A stretch of 63,154 nucleotides of DNA, counting the filler, from Reticulomyxa filosa (taxonomy: Eukaryota; Protista; Foraminifera), in the NCBI GenBank assembly GCA_000512085.1. It is 20 parts of 20 records of this genome, joined end to end, with 100 filler letters (N's around TTAATTAATTAA, not from the genome) between each part and the next. Parts side by side here need not be neighbours in the genome. Positions count along the whole stretch, not along the records: positions 1 to 9,603 come from ASPP01003225.1; positions 9,704 to 10,703 come from ASPP01049827.1; positions 10,804 to 15,135 come from ASPP01017993.1; 17 more parts are not named here. One strand, written 5' to 3'. Below are positions 1 through 14,028 of the stretch, one piece after another (within the stretch, counting starts at the first letter, position 1; the number at the start of each line of letters is the position of its first letter). A program made the translations under genes and the position numbers. The notes under the pieces were generated by a model. The model was not told the DNA's origin and did no database searches. It was given only the letters and a program-made list of their open reading frames with translations.

Positions 1-83
1 TTTTTTTTTTTTGGTATTGTTTTTTTTTTGTGTTTGAGGTATTTTTTCAATTCAAAAAATATCTCAATCTTCTTCAGTCTTAC

Positions 84-246
84 CAGTGTCTGGCATTGGG
101 TCCATTGATGTGCTTTGAACAAATTTAATCACTTCTGCACATGATTCTTTTGGGTCCTTTCCGTTTTGAAGTTTGTCCAACTCCTCTTCCAAGTTTTTCT
201 GCTCTTCTAATTGTTTCTTCAATTGACGATTCACTCGTTTTGCCAT
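84..246 (-). CDS. Heterotrimeric G-protein gamma subunit (GGL domain), first exon; terminal CaaX exon predicted beyond the window edge
   Basis: MAKRVNRQLKKQLEEQKNLEEELDKLQNGKDPKESCAEVIKFVQSTSMDPMPDT fits the Ggamma pattern (coiled coil, S-x-x-C-x-E, DP motif). A G|GTAAG donor at 83 follows DPMPDT, so the ORF-track tail GKTEED* is probably intronic. Confidence 0.7.
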
Positions 247-693
247 CTTTCCTTGATTTTTGTTTTCTAATTGTTTTCTAATTTGTTTTTCCTATTGTCT
301 TATTGAAGACTTTCAACTATCGCTATCAAAAGGATTTTTTTGACAAAACAACTGTTGCAGTTTTTCTGTTTTAATTTTTTCGTGTATTTGCTACGATTTT
401 CTTCACAACAAGTTAACTGACAGAAGAATCAATCAAAATGAATAACGAATTGAATGACCACAGATACCTTCCTTTAAAGATTAGTTTTGATACAAAACAA
501 GATTTCAGTTACGTTATTCACCATTTGATATTTTATCATAATTGCAAACAAATAACAATTCCGAACATGTTGGTGGAACCTCGAGCGTGCACTACTTTTT
601 TAAATTAATACTGAATATTTCTTAAATCCCCTTTCCGTTGTTAATTGTTTTTGTAGAAATCGTTCGCCTTTTAACACAAAGTTCGAGGAAATC

Positions 694-1685
<992 letters not shown>

Positions 1686-2279
1686 GTGTAGCATCACAAA
1701 GACAAAAGAAAACGCTCACTTCAAAAATGTGTGATTTTTTTCTTGTCAATACGTTGTTTTTTTGACCTATGAGTTTTTCAGAGGCGGCACGTTTTTTTTT
1801 AGGTTAAAAAAATTCTAACACCGAAAAAGCTGTCATGCGCTTTTTACGTCTTTCCAAAAAGATACTTTTGAAGAGTTTTCTCGGGCGATCAAAATATGTG
1901 AGGTTTTTTCTTGCTAGATACCAAGAACCAAATAAACCAAACACTTTTAATTGGGTTAAGAATAATTTTAGATTCACTGAAAATGTATTACCGGATTGAA
2001 CATGCAACAAAAATGAAGTGTACAACTCAATATTGAGGTTATAACCGCAAATCACTAGTTGAAGACAATACAAAGTCATAGTTTCTGTCTGTAAAAATGG
2101 GAATTAAGTTTAGCAATAAATTGTACAGATTGAGCAAACGAGAGCTGTTTTTTTTATCTAAGTGTTTGGAGGTTAGGATAGTATAACACACGTAGTTAAA
2201 AAACTGCTAAAAACCTTTGGAGAAAGGACGTTTGAAAATTTTTGCATAATCCAAAGAGCACGAATTATTCGCTCTAAAA

Positions 2280-3789
2280 ATGACAAAGTTAGTGTGGTGT
2301 TTAGTACTGTTAGTTGTGTCCTCATGGGCGTCAACCATGACAAAAAGACTTTCAAGAAATATGTCGCACCGCCAGTTCCGTCAACAGCGTCCGTTCCGTT
2401 CTCGAGAAAAGGCAATTGATACTTTTTTTTCAATTTCGGCTTCCGCAGGAGCTGGTTTGTATGCAATCGCATCTTCTGTGTACCCGTTGAGTGATGCTAT
2501 TTCCATATTTGTATGTATTAAATATCAATGAATAACACATTTACACACAAATAAAGTGACGGCGCCGAATCGTTGATCCAATATGACACAACAACGGGCA
2601 ACGCAACAACGCTGATCCCATCAAGTGGACAGCAGCTTACCGGAGAAGGATTAATATGTTTGGACGATATCAACAACATTTTGTACTTTCTGTACGAAGA
2701 GGAAACAATAAACAGAGAAGGTCTACAATTGGTGACAGGACTGCAGCCATTCAACTTGGAAAACTTGCAAGTGTTGAACCCAGTCATATTATCTATGGTA
2801 TGTTATGTTGCTACGTTTTTTTCGGTTTTGCAAATTCAAGAAAGGTATTTGATGTATAAAGTTGGAGCCGCAGGACTTTGTCGGTGCAAGCGAAGCGTGT
2901 ATTGCGGATCCCAACACTGGCAATATGTTAGGAAAACATATACGCTTTGATCGAACAAAGACAAAAGCCGACAATCGAACAACAAAAACGTTAGATATGT
3001 GTGGGGACATTCGAAGAACGACACCACCGTCCAATTGTTAGTGCGCGTAGTCCGAGACCCCGTTTCGAACAACGTGTCGTTGACGATTGTCAATCAATAC
3101 AAAGAAACCGACGAGGTCGGTTTGCTGGCGGGGAGTCCACAAGCATACGACTCAAAACGAAACATGATTTGGCTTGCCGCTGTACGAGGCACAGAATCAG
3201 ACTTTACGTTTTTTTATTATTATATTAATGCGCTGAATGGTCAAATTGTTTCGACCGTTTTGGCTGACCAGTGGTCTTTGATCACTGCTGTTTATGATCC
3301 CACACTGGACTCCTTGGTGGGAATGGTGCTCGACAGTTTGAATCTTTTTTGAATTATTTTGCTCTGATCAAATCAGTTTGTTCTTAACAACAAAACAGGC
3401 GAGAACGACAAGGGACAATATAACTATGCGCTGGCGTATGCTGATCCAGTTACATTGGACATTACCAAGACATTGCAACCGATCACCGACTACTGCGAAG
3501 TCTATGCTGTCAACTCTGCTGATGTCATCAATGGCGTTGGATATTACATTATGTTCAAAATGCCTTCTGGTATTTTTCTTGATATCCTATTTTAATTGCA
3601 TACTCAAACATTGCAATAACTACACTTTCCTATCATACAACAGGTGATTGTGATACGCTCAACACGAGTCTTGTTGGTTACTTGTCGTCTGTGGACTTCT
3701 CCACTGGTCAAATGATTGATAGTCCATACCTTTGCACATTTTTGGAGGGGACATGCCCTTGGTCTTTTCAATATTGGAATGGGCAGTAA
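2280..3789 (+). CDS. Secreted, multi-exon, beta-strand-rich protein (possible beta-propeller), function unknown
   Basis: Signal-peptide-like start MTKLVWCLVLLVVSSWAS; successive + strand coding blocks separated by GT-AG introns (e.g. AYDSKRNMIWLA, AVYDPTLDSLVG); ends SPYLCTFLEGTCPWSFQYWNGQ*. Exon borders approximate. Confidence 0.6.
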
Positions 3790-6700
3790 GAACATCCTTC
3801 TATCTTGCAGTCAATAATTAATATTAATTTTTAATGTATTTTCCTTTTGCACTAAATACATACTTTTGTAAAAACTTAATTAAGCCTTTGTTGTGCAAAT
3901 TTTAATGAGAAGCAACAATAGTCACAACCTTCACGCATTTTTTACATTCCGCAATTATTTTGTGTTATTTTAATCATGTTCCGTGTACGTAAACCAATTT
4001 AGGTCATTTTTTGAAACTAAAAATTGTATTCGTTGTGTCTTTTGTACATCATAAAATTGTAGCCAAAAGTCATTTCCGTTCGTGTCAGTTTTTAAAAATG
4101 TATTTAATAGACGAATCACGCATTTTGCAAAGATATCCGAAAAGAGTCGATGGCAGAAAAAAATGCTAAGCAAAATACGTGTAAAAGTGTTTGATTTTCT
4201 TATTTTACTTTGAGCAACTTTTCCGAGATATCTTTTTTCTTCTCTAAGCGGAAGAGAACAAACACAGGCAAAAATTGAAAAAATCGTTTACAAAGTACTT
4301 TGCCTCGGGTGTTGTTTTTGAGATGTGCAATTGTTGTTTTTTATTCTTTCATTTCACATTATGCATTGTTTTTGCGATGTATCATCTTTCTGGTAAAGCA
4401 AATTCTCGGAGTTTTTATTTTTTTTGCTTGGTCATTTTTTCACGGATTTATGAAATAAATAAATTTTCTTTTCTGCATTTCTTCTGACTGTGCCTTTAAG
4501 ATGTACAAAAAAAAAGCCGAAGTAAAAAATGCTTTGAAGCCTAAAAACGTGAGAAAAAAAGATTCGTCAGCTAATCAAAAACAAAGTTTTTTGACAAAAA
4601 TAATATTTTATTATATTTGTTTTTTGCAGAAACTCTTTGTTTTGAAATTGACTGCTCACGTCAAATCTTTTTCAAATTATCTCAACTTTTGAAGTACACT
4701 ATTTCTTCAACTTCGTTTACCATAAATATTTTGAGGAGTTTCAAATATGAAAAAGCTCTAAGTAACATATCCGATAGCGATTGAAAAAGAAATTTTTGAT
4801 CAATAAGAATAATTTTATTCGTATTAGCATTAGTAGCAAAAAAAATAATAAAAGTGCACAACTTATAAAAATTTGCTGCTTGGACATTTTTTCTTTAGGT
4901 TTGCGTTGTGACTTTTTGTCGTTTTCAAAATTTTTTCTTAAAAACATCGTTTTTTCTTCCAACTGGTTCTCATGGTACGCTTTGTTTCTTTTAAGTTTTT
5001 CACATTTATCAGTTTTGAATTTTAGTTGGATTTTAGATCTGCATTGTAATACTGAAAACTTCTTTTGATAATTGTTATTGTTTTGCTTTGTCAATTTTTT
5101 TTCAAATCCGAAAAAGTATATACGTTTCTTTTTGCCAACGATTTTTGGGATACGTTTTTTGCTTGTTCATCATCGGCACCGGATTCTTTATAACGTACTT
5201 TTTGGATTTGTTTTTGAAAATGTCATCAAAAAAAAAAATTAGCAAAAACTCGCTTCGTCGTGTTAAGCTTATTTTCAAGAAATATAATGAATTATTTTTT
5301 AATCACATTTACTATTTTGCTTTAAACGAGCACATTGTCACAAAAATACTTTGACAAAAACAGAAAACTTGTCAAGGAAAGTTAGCGACGTCTGTCAAAA
5401 AAAAAATCTACGTCCGAGTTGCTAACAGGAAGCAAATGGTTAGCTTTTTTGTGGAAAATAGCAAAGGAGATTGTCACATTCGCGAATACAATAAGCGAAC
5501 ACTTTCTAACGTCGTTATCTTGCCTTCAGAGACAGCAACGCTGAAAACGTCCTCCGAAGGGAATATTCGGAATTACCTTTGCATTCACTGGCCCACTTAA
5601 TGACAGCATCAAACAAAGAATAACACCAGGAAAAGTTGTCTTTATATCGTTCATGTAGACCTTCATATTAGATCATTTATTTTTGTTACTATGTATCCAC
5701 ATTTTTGCACGACACGTTATAAGTTATTTTCACTATTTTGCAAAGAGAAGCCATTTTTCTGATGCTAATGGTCAGATAACAATAACATCTGTATTCATTA
5801 TAAAAAAGGACAACAAAAAAGAAGTTTCAATAACAGAAACAAGAAGAGAATAACGACAAGCTATAACTCCAAAAAAACAAACATTCTGCAATCATTAGAA
5901 AAATGTAATCACTTATAAATGACAATAAAATGTACAAAACGTAAACGAGAAACTATTAAAAAACAAAAAATTAAACAAAATCAAAGTAATACATAAGGAA
6001 AACAAAGAATAGTGATTTTGAAAAGGAAAAATGAAAATCCGCAAGTAAAAGACTATATGTACAAACAAATGGCAACAACAATCGAACATAATGGACCAAG
6101 TAATAAAAATAGAAATTGAACAACTTCAATTGATCATTTTGTCTTTTAGTTCAGCAATTTGTAAACTGACAGCATTAGTCAAAACAATTTTTGCGAATAA
6201 CTTAATAAATATTTTTTTTCAGCTTTGCAATTTAGGATTGTGATATAGTAATTGGATTACTACTAATGCTCCACTTAAGACTACCTTTTTCGCATGTAAA
6301 AGCAAGTTAGATTGCTATGATCAAATGGATAAAGCATATTAAATAAAATAAGAAACACTACAAAAAGATCGCTTATTTTCTAAATTAACATAGCTCAAAT
6401 TATATGTTTGTTTATATTGTTTGCTAATTCGTTATTTGATATCAAAGATATTTTATTGGTGCTAGTACGAATTTCACAACTTGCAAAACATTTACTTTGA
6501 TGTCATGTTTCAATGCAGATAGTCATATCAAGAGATCTACCAATTTCAATTTTACTTATTATAATTCTGTCACTAACAACTTGATGTTTTGATTTTACTA
6601 ATGGAATCATAATATGGACATTTAATCAAAAAATCTTCCACTTAATTTCATCAATAGCTACAAAAATCAAATACAGTAATGTCATGCTATTCTACAATCA

Positions 6701-6999
6701 CTTGGAGAATATTACACATCATAGCTATACTATATCAAGTAACATTATTGAATTACATACGATGAAAAAACAAACAAACTGACAAAAAATACATTAATGA
6801 AAGCTGAAATCATTCAATCAGAATTAAATCATATTTTAAACAGTAAAAAATTAATATTGAACATTCGGGACTTACTCCATCATATACACTTTGTTTAGCA
6901 TTGGATTAACTGCAAATTTGCAGTCACTTAAATCAAAACTATTTTTTCTTTGGCTAAGTAATTTTCTGGATTATTTAATTTCTTTTTTCAGCGTTTGAT

Positions 7000-8950
7000 G
7001 CACGTAATAGTACATTTGATTGAATGTTCAATTTTAGTACAATCTAGAATATCATAATATTGGACTAAATCCAACTATATCATAACATTGGTTTAGGAAT
7101 GTACTTCAACAATAGTATCAGTGTGAATTGATATTAGTATTTCTTCATGTTCTGGTCCTTGTTCATACAAAAGGAGCATTACTAAATGTGGTATTTCTTT
7201 TTCCAATTGATGAAAGTTTGTACGCGATTACGTGTTTAATAGGGAGGACATTTGGGATATCGAGTTCATCAGTATGAATGTAAGTTGTTTTTGCATAAAC
7301 AATATTCTACGTTCATATTATGATTTGGAGTTATTCCAAAAGCAGAATGCAACCGTGGAACATTTTGATTTCTTCGTAGTTCTAGTGGATGAATATGAGA
7401 TATGATACAAACTGTATCATAGGCTGTGCTGTTCATTACTTATAGTATTATGCACATTGACAGTTTTGTATTAGCTTTTTCTTATACATTCGATATAATA
7501 TTCCGAAATGATATAATACTTCAATATGGCAGCGAAATTGTTTTAAACAGTAAGTTGTATACTGACATGCATTTATATGAACATAAAAAGTTAGATATCC
7601 AAGCTTCGAGAAGTTCTCATATATATTGCACGCGCTGTTTGTACGCAAGGTTGGAGTTTATAATGAGCACTAAGTACTTCACTTGTTTTTCTCTTTGATT
7701 TGCATATAATCGAGTTTTATCTTCGGCTGTGGATAATTTCTTTTATTTTGGATTGCAATGTGATTTTTCAGGAGCGGTGACATTTTCCACCTGCTTCCCC
7801 ATGAATTTCGTTGATGTAATTACAATTAACGTTCAATTTATTTGACATAATGTTTATAAACAGATATCCATAATGCTACGTTATCTACGAACATGTCACG
7901 GTGAATTGGATTTTGTACCAACTCTGCTATGCTATTGAAGTAGCGCAAAAAGAGTAAGTGTGATAAAGTTGATCCTTGAGGCAAATCTATTTCAAATTTT
8001 TGTATGCGGATGTAGACCCATTTAACACAACTTATCGGTTTTATTCCTAAGTAAGCTATCAATCTACAAATATACTTACTTTGATATTAAATTGATTATT
8101 ACAATTAAATGAAAGTACTAATGCCTCAATTATTGCATCATATTGTGAATATTATATGAATATTGTACTTTGTGAAGATATTCTTGTATCAATAACCTCT
8201 AATTCAGTAATGTCAGCTTGATGCTATTCTTCCGGCCGTACATCGCTGTTGATTTCGGCATCAATTTCTTCCAGAGCATATAATCTTCCGCTAATTGATA
8301 GTGTACTTTATTTAATGATTTCAGATCTTCAAATAATTTGTTTTCCACTGCAATACCTAGAGCATACGTTCTTTTGTTAAATGTTAGAAAAGTTGTTAAA
8401 TATCACATCCAAATCTCTACAGCATACGCTACTACATTAAATGTTTCTATTTTTTGATTTTTTATTCCATGGTCCCTCATTTCGTCGCTATATTGAAGAC
8501 GATGGGAAGATAATCTGAATGTACTATATTGGCAATATAGGTGCTAGTGATCTGTATTGTTCTTTACTGCGAAAACATTATTGTAACAGACATACGTGTG
8601 GTTCGAGTAGTTGTACTTTGGAAGTAAAATTCATTTATGTTATTTTGGGATACTTGCAGCTAAATCGTTGCGATAAATTATTTGACTTTCATTTAAAGTG
8701 GTTGTGCCATTCTGAAAATACATATTCACTAAATCGTTTGTTTGTGAGTTTTTTTGTTATTTCATTGTTTTGAACTAGTGTTTCAACAAGCTTAGTCAGC
8801 ATAGACAGTTGCGCACAAAATTCTTTATTTTCTTCATTTTATTTGTTGTTTTTTTGATCTTTCTTTTTTGCAATGTTTATTTTTTGTGCTGAAGTTGCTG
8901 AAGTTGCTGAAATTGATACATCATTTTGTGTTTCTGTTGTGTCTCTTGCG
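7000..8950 (-). mobile_element. Heavily degraded non-LTR retrotransposon (LINE): APE endonuclease and reverse transcriptase relics
   Basis: 7838-8062 encodes LPQGSTLSHLLFLRYFN...MFVDNVALW (RT PQGS-LSP-LF motif and decayed FADD). Upstream on the same strand, SDYLPIVF (8495-8518) resembles the APE C-terminal SDHxPI motif. Many stops; borders approximate. Confidence 0.7.
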
Positions 8951-9603
8951 TTAAAAAAATTTTTTTTTGGGGTGCATTTTGTACTATATTTATAACAATT
9001 TTTTTCTAATCGTTCATTTTTTTTAATTTAATTTTTTGTTGTTTTGTTCACGTTTTATATATTTGATTATTATTTTTTCACGTACTTGCTGTGTTTTGGG
9101 CACATTAGTAAGTCAATCAGATGCGTTCTTTTGCAAAGTGCAAAGCTGTATTTTTAGTGTTTTTCTTGAAAATGCAGTTTTCCGACTTAAATTTTGTTTT
9201 CTATAATATGATTAAAACATTTTTTACATTGCCAAAAATCTTGTCTTGTGTGCAGTCTATTGTCATCATACATTTCTGGATTGTTAATATATCTTTTTTA
9301 TCGTTTGAATTTTTTCTATTTTCGATTTCTTGTTAGTGAAATCTATTAAAATTTTCAGCAATTGGTTACAATTTATTGATTGAATATCTTTGGAAAAGCG
9401 CAAAATTGTTTTCCAGCTGATTGAATATGTGTGCATTTTATTTTTTTTGCAACAGAATGATCTATTCTCAAAAGTTTCAACAGTACAGATAGAGTCAGAA
9501 GTGTGCTTTTTGGTCACTAATGTGGGAACCACAAGGGGAAAGGGTCAGCGCAAAAAAGAAAAGACTAAGTGTAATACGAAAGGCAATTAGTTCTAAAAAG
9601 CAA

Positions 9604-9703
9604 NNNNNNNNNNNNNNNNNNNNNNNNNNNNNNNNNNNNNNNNNNNNTTAATTAATTAANNNNNNNNNNNNNNNNNNNNNNNNNNNNNNNNNNNNNNNNN
9701 NNN
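9604..9703. other. Artificial contig spacer N44-TTAATTAATTAA-N44; 19 copies starting at about 9604, 10704, 15136, 20970, 23830, 29347, 32120, 33751, 35534, 39102, 41071, 43040, 45975, 49219, 51173, 52598, 54706, 56986 and 61839
   Basis: Identical 100-nt blocks; the 12-mer has stops in all six frames; genes are truncated at the blocks. Confidence 0.98.
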
Positions 9704-10703
9704 ATAATAATAATAATAATAATAAATATATTTATTATTATTATTATATTATTATTATTATTATTATTAATATTATTGACAATCAAGACATACATTTGCA
9801 CTAAGCGCTTCAACTCTGCTTCGGACATGTCTGATTCTACATCATACCCACATACATGCTTTCCTTTTCGTTCGCCCAAAAACTTTTTCGCCTTCCTCCA
9901 CATGTGTCAAACACAAAAGCACAATACAATTTGATTATTATAATTACCTCTTTGGGGGAAAAAAAAAAAAAAAAAAAAGATATTGAAAGGCAGGACAAAT
10001 CCATCCTTTACTTGAGCGTAAATTTCTTGTGCCATTCGAACAATGACTTGATCAACGACGCATTCATATTCTTCCAATATGTAGCCCTTTTCGCACAAGG
10101 CAATACCATTCACACATTGCAAGGCATGGACGGGACAGGCGACGCAGCGCAAGGGATTTCCCTCGGCGTCCCTTTGTCCAAAGACAGTGTTTCGATTTGT
10201 GTCGCAAAACAGAGTTGAATCCGTGTATTCATCCGCCAAAAATCCTTCGAGCCATTTGTTCCAGTTTTCAATTGCATAGTTTGGTACGTTGACATTGTAC
10301 ACAACAATGGCCAGCACTACCGTCACGAGCATTACACTTATCGATGGCACCATACATCGGCCGCACCAACCATTATTTGTCTTGTTTTTTTGCGATTGCG
10401 ACTTATTTCCTTTTGAAAAGCCGTCAGAAAGCAGTGCTGAGCTGTTCATTGTGCATTGTATTATATGTTAAGATTTGTTATATGTGTGTATGTATACATA
10501 TATATTCCTCTTTAATTCAAAACTCTTCAAGTTCCTTGCTATCGGTATTACCAGTTGCAACACCTTTTTCTCGAAGGTATTGTTTGACTTGTTCCGCACA
10601 ATTTTGTGATGCGAGTAAGTCGTTCATTTGCTTGTTCTTGGCACCACCAACACCACTGGCGCTGGTAATGTCCACGCCTTCTTGATCTTTGCCACTGTTT
10701 TGA
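9704..10703 (-). CDS. Inner nuclear membrane Man1/Src1 (MSC domain) family protein, internal fragment
   Basis: A TM helix is followed by FCD...CVACPVHALQCVNGIALCEKGYILEEYECVVD and, in the next exon, LGERKGKHVCG...MSEAELK. Both match the luminal Cys pattern of the Man1-Src1p C-terminal domain. Confidence 0.75.
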
Positions 10704-10803
10704 NNNNNNNNNNNNNNNNNNNNNNNNNNNNNNNNNNNNNNNNNNNNTTAATTAATTAANNNNNNNNNNNNNNNNNNNNNNNNNNNNNNNNNNNNNNNNN
10801 NNN

Positions 10804-11617
10804 AATAATCCAATAAATCCATCATCTTTTTTGATTCTTTACATTTCGCATATACATTCAACATAGAATTAATTATAATGTGATCAATTTGAATGTCAGG
10901 GTCATTTTGGATTGTTTTCCAAATTATTTCAGCACTTTCCATATCACATGCATTTGCACATACTGATAACATTGCATTACATGTTATTGCATTTGGTTTG
11001 AGATTGTAATGATTGACTAATAATTGAAAATAATATAAAGCTTGTTTAATATCACCTTTATTTGAACATCCTTTAATTATTATATTGAATGTAATTAAAT
11101 CAGGATTGAAAGGTGTTGTATTTGATGTAAATTCTTGATGAATGAACCATTGTTCAAATAATTTTTTTTGAAGATTAAATTTATTCCAAATACCCAAATA
11201 ATTCAAAACAGTATTGCAAAAAATAATATTCAATGGAATATCTTGTTGATAAATCAATTGAATAATATTATAAAATGTATATGGTTGCTTTAATTCAGAA
11301 CATCTTTTAATTGCAGCAACATAAATACTTGTATCTTGAGAATGATAATTTCGAAGAAATTGAATAATATCATTCACTGTTGTCATTTGTTTAATCAATG
11401 ATTGTTCATAACGTGATTGTGGAGATAATATTGATTTTGCTAATGCTCCTTTTTGTCCTTGTAATTTTTTCTTTATTTCATCAGATTTGTGCTGTTCTTC
11501 CAAGTAAATTTCATATTGACTCTTTTGTCGCAAAGAAGTGAGAAAGACAGAAGTGAGAGTTGGTTTGTTGCATAGACGTGTGACCAAGGACATGTTCTTG
11601 ATTATTGTTTTCATCAT
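10804..11617 (-). CDS. Pentatricopeptide repeat (PPR) protein, N-terminal part, probably mitochondrion-targeted
   Basis: About 35-aa repeats (PDLITFNIIIKGCSNKGDIKQALYYFQLL; KPNAITCNAMLSVCANACDMESAEIIW; IINSMLNVYAKC). Basic, Ser/Thr-rich, acid-free N-terminus. Intronless; truncated at the spacer. Confidence 0.9.
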
Positions 11618-11889
11618 TGTTACGCCTTGCAAGTTCAAAAATTATTATTTATGTCTCCTCTTTTTTGTGTGAACGTTCCAAAAATAAAATGAATATTTAA
11701 TTTTGTTAAATTTTTATATTGTGAGATATTAGAAGATAGGTTTTGTAATCATTTAAATTGTTCAAATTTTATATTTATGAAGGACATAATAAGAATATAT
11801 AAATGTTATTGATCTTTCAAAATGATAATATTTTTCATCAACTTCTTTGTGTCCAACATTTGATGTAACCAATTCATTTGCTCTTTACA

Positions 11890-12122
11890 ACAATTTTTCC
11901 ATTCGTATATGTGATATGGAGACAGACAAGCAAATTAAATCATTCCTCGGACGTCCAAGTTAGTGTATTGTGTGAAATTTTCTCCATATCACTACAAAAT
12001 AATCATCACAATGTCATTTGTTTTGCATCAAGTGACAAAATCATCCGTTTTTGAAATTTCAAACATAATTACAATTAAAAATATTTAATGAGACACTAGC
12101 TGCGTCGGTGGCATTGAGTTTT
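11890..12122 (+). pseudogene. WD40-repeat relic of the RING/TRAF-WD40 family (repeats 1-3)
   Basis: IRICDMETDKQIKSF..VYCVKFSPYHY..NVICFASSDKIIRF*NFK..VGGIEF, with stops and frameshifts, aligns to 18643-19782. Confidence 0.8.
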
Positions 12123-12553
12123 TGCTATTCTTTTTTCAGCATCCTTTTGTTTAGGATATTATTTTTACTTCATAATTTGCATTAGCTTTCGTCTGCATCG
12201 AAATTTGCCTCAATAAGGTAAATTTTCGTATTACATTTGGGTGATGTATATTGGAGTGCTTCATGTTGCATGACTGAAACAATAGATTCAAATGGCTCTT
12301 GGATTTAAAAAAAGCGAATAAAGGCAAAGCGAAAGGAGAAAAAAAAAAGAAGGGTCCAATACACTCCCTCCCAAGTTGCACAAAAAAACGTGCAAAGCTC
12401 CAACATTAAAAAAAATAATAGTAATAAAGCAATTCAATTCAAGACAACAATTGCACACAAACAAAGCAAAAAAAAAGTACAAATTAAAAAAAAATTGGCA
12501 AATATATGTATATATATACGTATATATTAAATTTCGTTAGCAAGAAACAGAGT

Positions 12554-13237
12554 CTAAAAGATTATAGGCGAATGAGAGAGTGACTGACCAGATAAAGTGA
12601 GTGAAGGACTATCTTCTCTGTGTAAACTCGGTGGCGTTGCAGACGTTGAAGGAGATCGACAATGGACGACAAAATTCCAAACTGTTTGGGCAGTGACAAT
12701 GCAATTGTTCGAAAGCAGACGATATTGAAACAGCAAATGTCTTTCCATGAATTCACACAAATCCTCCACTGTCAATGTTTTGTGGTTCAAATGCACTTTG
12801 GTCCATTCTTCCAACGCAACCAACTCCCGACAAGGAGTTTCCCCAAACACCGCACCCCCATTTCGTCCAAAGTCGTTTGCGCATTTCAAGTCTTTGAATC
12901 CGTATAAATTTACATCGCCAGTTCCAATCATCTTTTTTTTTTTGTGACCCCCTTTACGCTTTGAACTTTTTTTTGTTGCTCCCCCTTCTACTCCAAAAAA
13001 AAAAAGTTCAAAGTTCAACTTGACATGCAATAAATCCTTGAAGTTCATTTTCCCCGTTTCGAACGTCCATTACAAGCCAATGATGTTTCACCATTGGGAT
13101 ATAGTTTAATGGTACACCATACTTGCAAATTTGCGATATGCTTTCATTTTATCCCCCATTTCACTCCTCTTTATTTAAAAAAAAATTGAAATTGAGGTTA
13201 TTGTTTACAAAACTGCAAGTCTGGTTGTTGACACCAT
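12554..13237 (-). CDS. PPPDE/LRAT-like permuted papain-fold (NlpC/P60) peptidase, 3 exons
   Basis: Spliced MVSTTRLAVF|ISQICKYGVPLNYIPMVKHHWLVMDV...|...FQYRLLSNNCIVTAQTVW. An N-terminal His strand plus a C-terminal YxLLxNNC motif gives the His-before-Cys order typical of this family. Confidence 0.65.
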
Positions 13238-14028
13238 TTTGAAACTAACTCACACACTAACAGTCCACGTTTTGGTGTGTTTTTTTCTGTTGTTCTTTTA
13301 TGCTTTTTCACTGCTGTAAACAGTGATTGCGGCAGTTTCCACAGCTTTTCCAAAGACTTGGTCGGTGTTCTGTTCGAAGTTCAAAAGGGGCACGGTTTTT
13401 TTTTTTTGCTTGACTTTTTAATTATAGAAAAATATTTTTTACACACGTGTCCTCTTTCATTGACATATCATTTACGTCTGCGCTACTTAAATTCTTCATT
13501 TCTATCTGTCAAAAAATGTTACAAAGAAAGGGGGTTTTTTGAGATGAACACAACAAGTTTGTCAAACAGTGCTTTTAAAAGAAAAATGTACTCACACTTA
13601 TAACATTAATCCACTTGTTTGAGGCAGATTTAAAGCATATTTACGGGTTCCCTTATAAAATCATTTTTAATTTCACCAGTTTTATTTCTTCGACGACTTT
13701 TGAAAGTTGTTTTTTTTATTTTGTGAAAAGTGTATGAAAATAGTATCTTGTTTGGGCTTGTCTTTTTATTTCCTTGCCAATTGATGAAAATAAAGCACCC
13801 AAAGCCCCTTTTGCTCGTGACAGTTTATTTATTGGGGTATAAAATTTCAAAAATGTGACCAAAATTCGCAAGAAAAATAGTGACAGCCAACACAAAAGTA
13901 TAGCACTAAGAAGACGCACAATTTTTTGGTAAATTTGAAAATTTGGCAACCAATTACTTTTTTGTGTATTATTTTTACGTATTGCCAAACCATTGGAAAT
14001 TTAAAATTCAAAAAAAAAGTTAAGTCAT

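Noticed and set aside
3900-5600. Phe/Lys-rich ORFs and a 54-aa ORF at 5436
   Set aside because: Expected by chance in AT-rich intergenic DNA; no motifs.
9604-9703. Repeated TTAATTAATTAA within N runs as a biological repeat or CRISPR-like array
   Set aside because: Fixed-length six-frame-stop concatenation linker; ORFs ending in XXX-LIN are artefacts of it.
10804-12122. PPR next to a WD40 relic on two contigs as a conserved module
   Set aside because: Orientation differs (divergent here, convergent at 32835-33685) and both families are abundant, so chance adjacency suffices.
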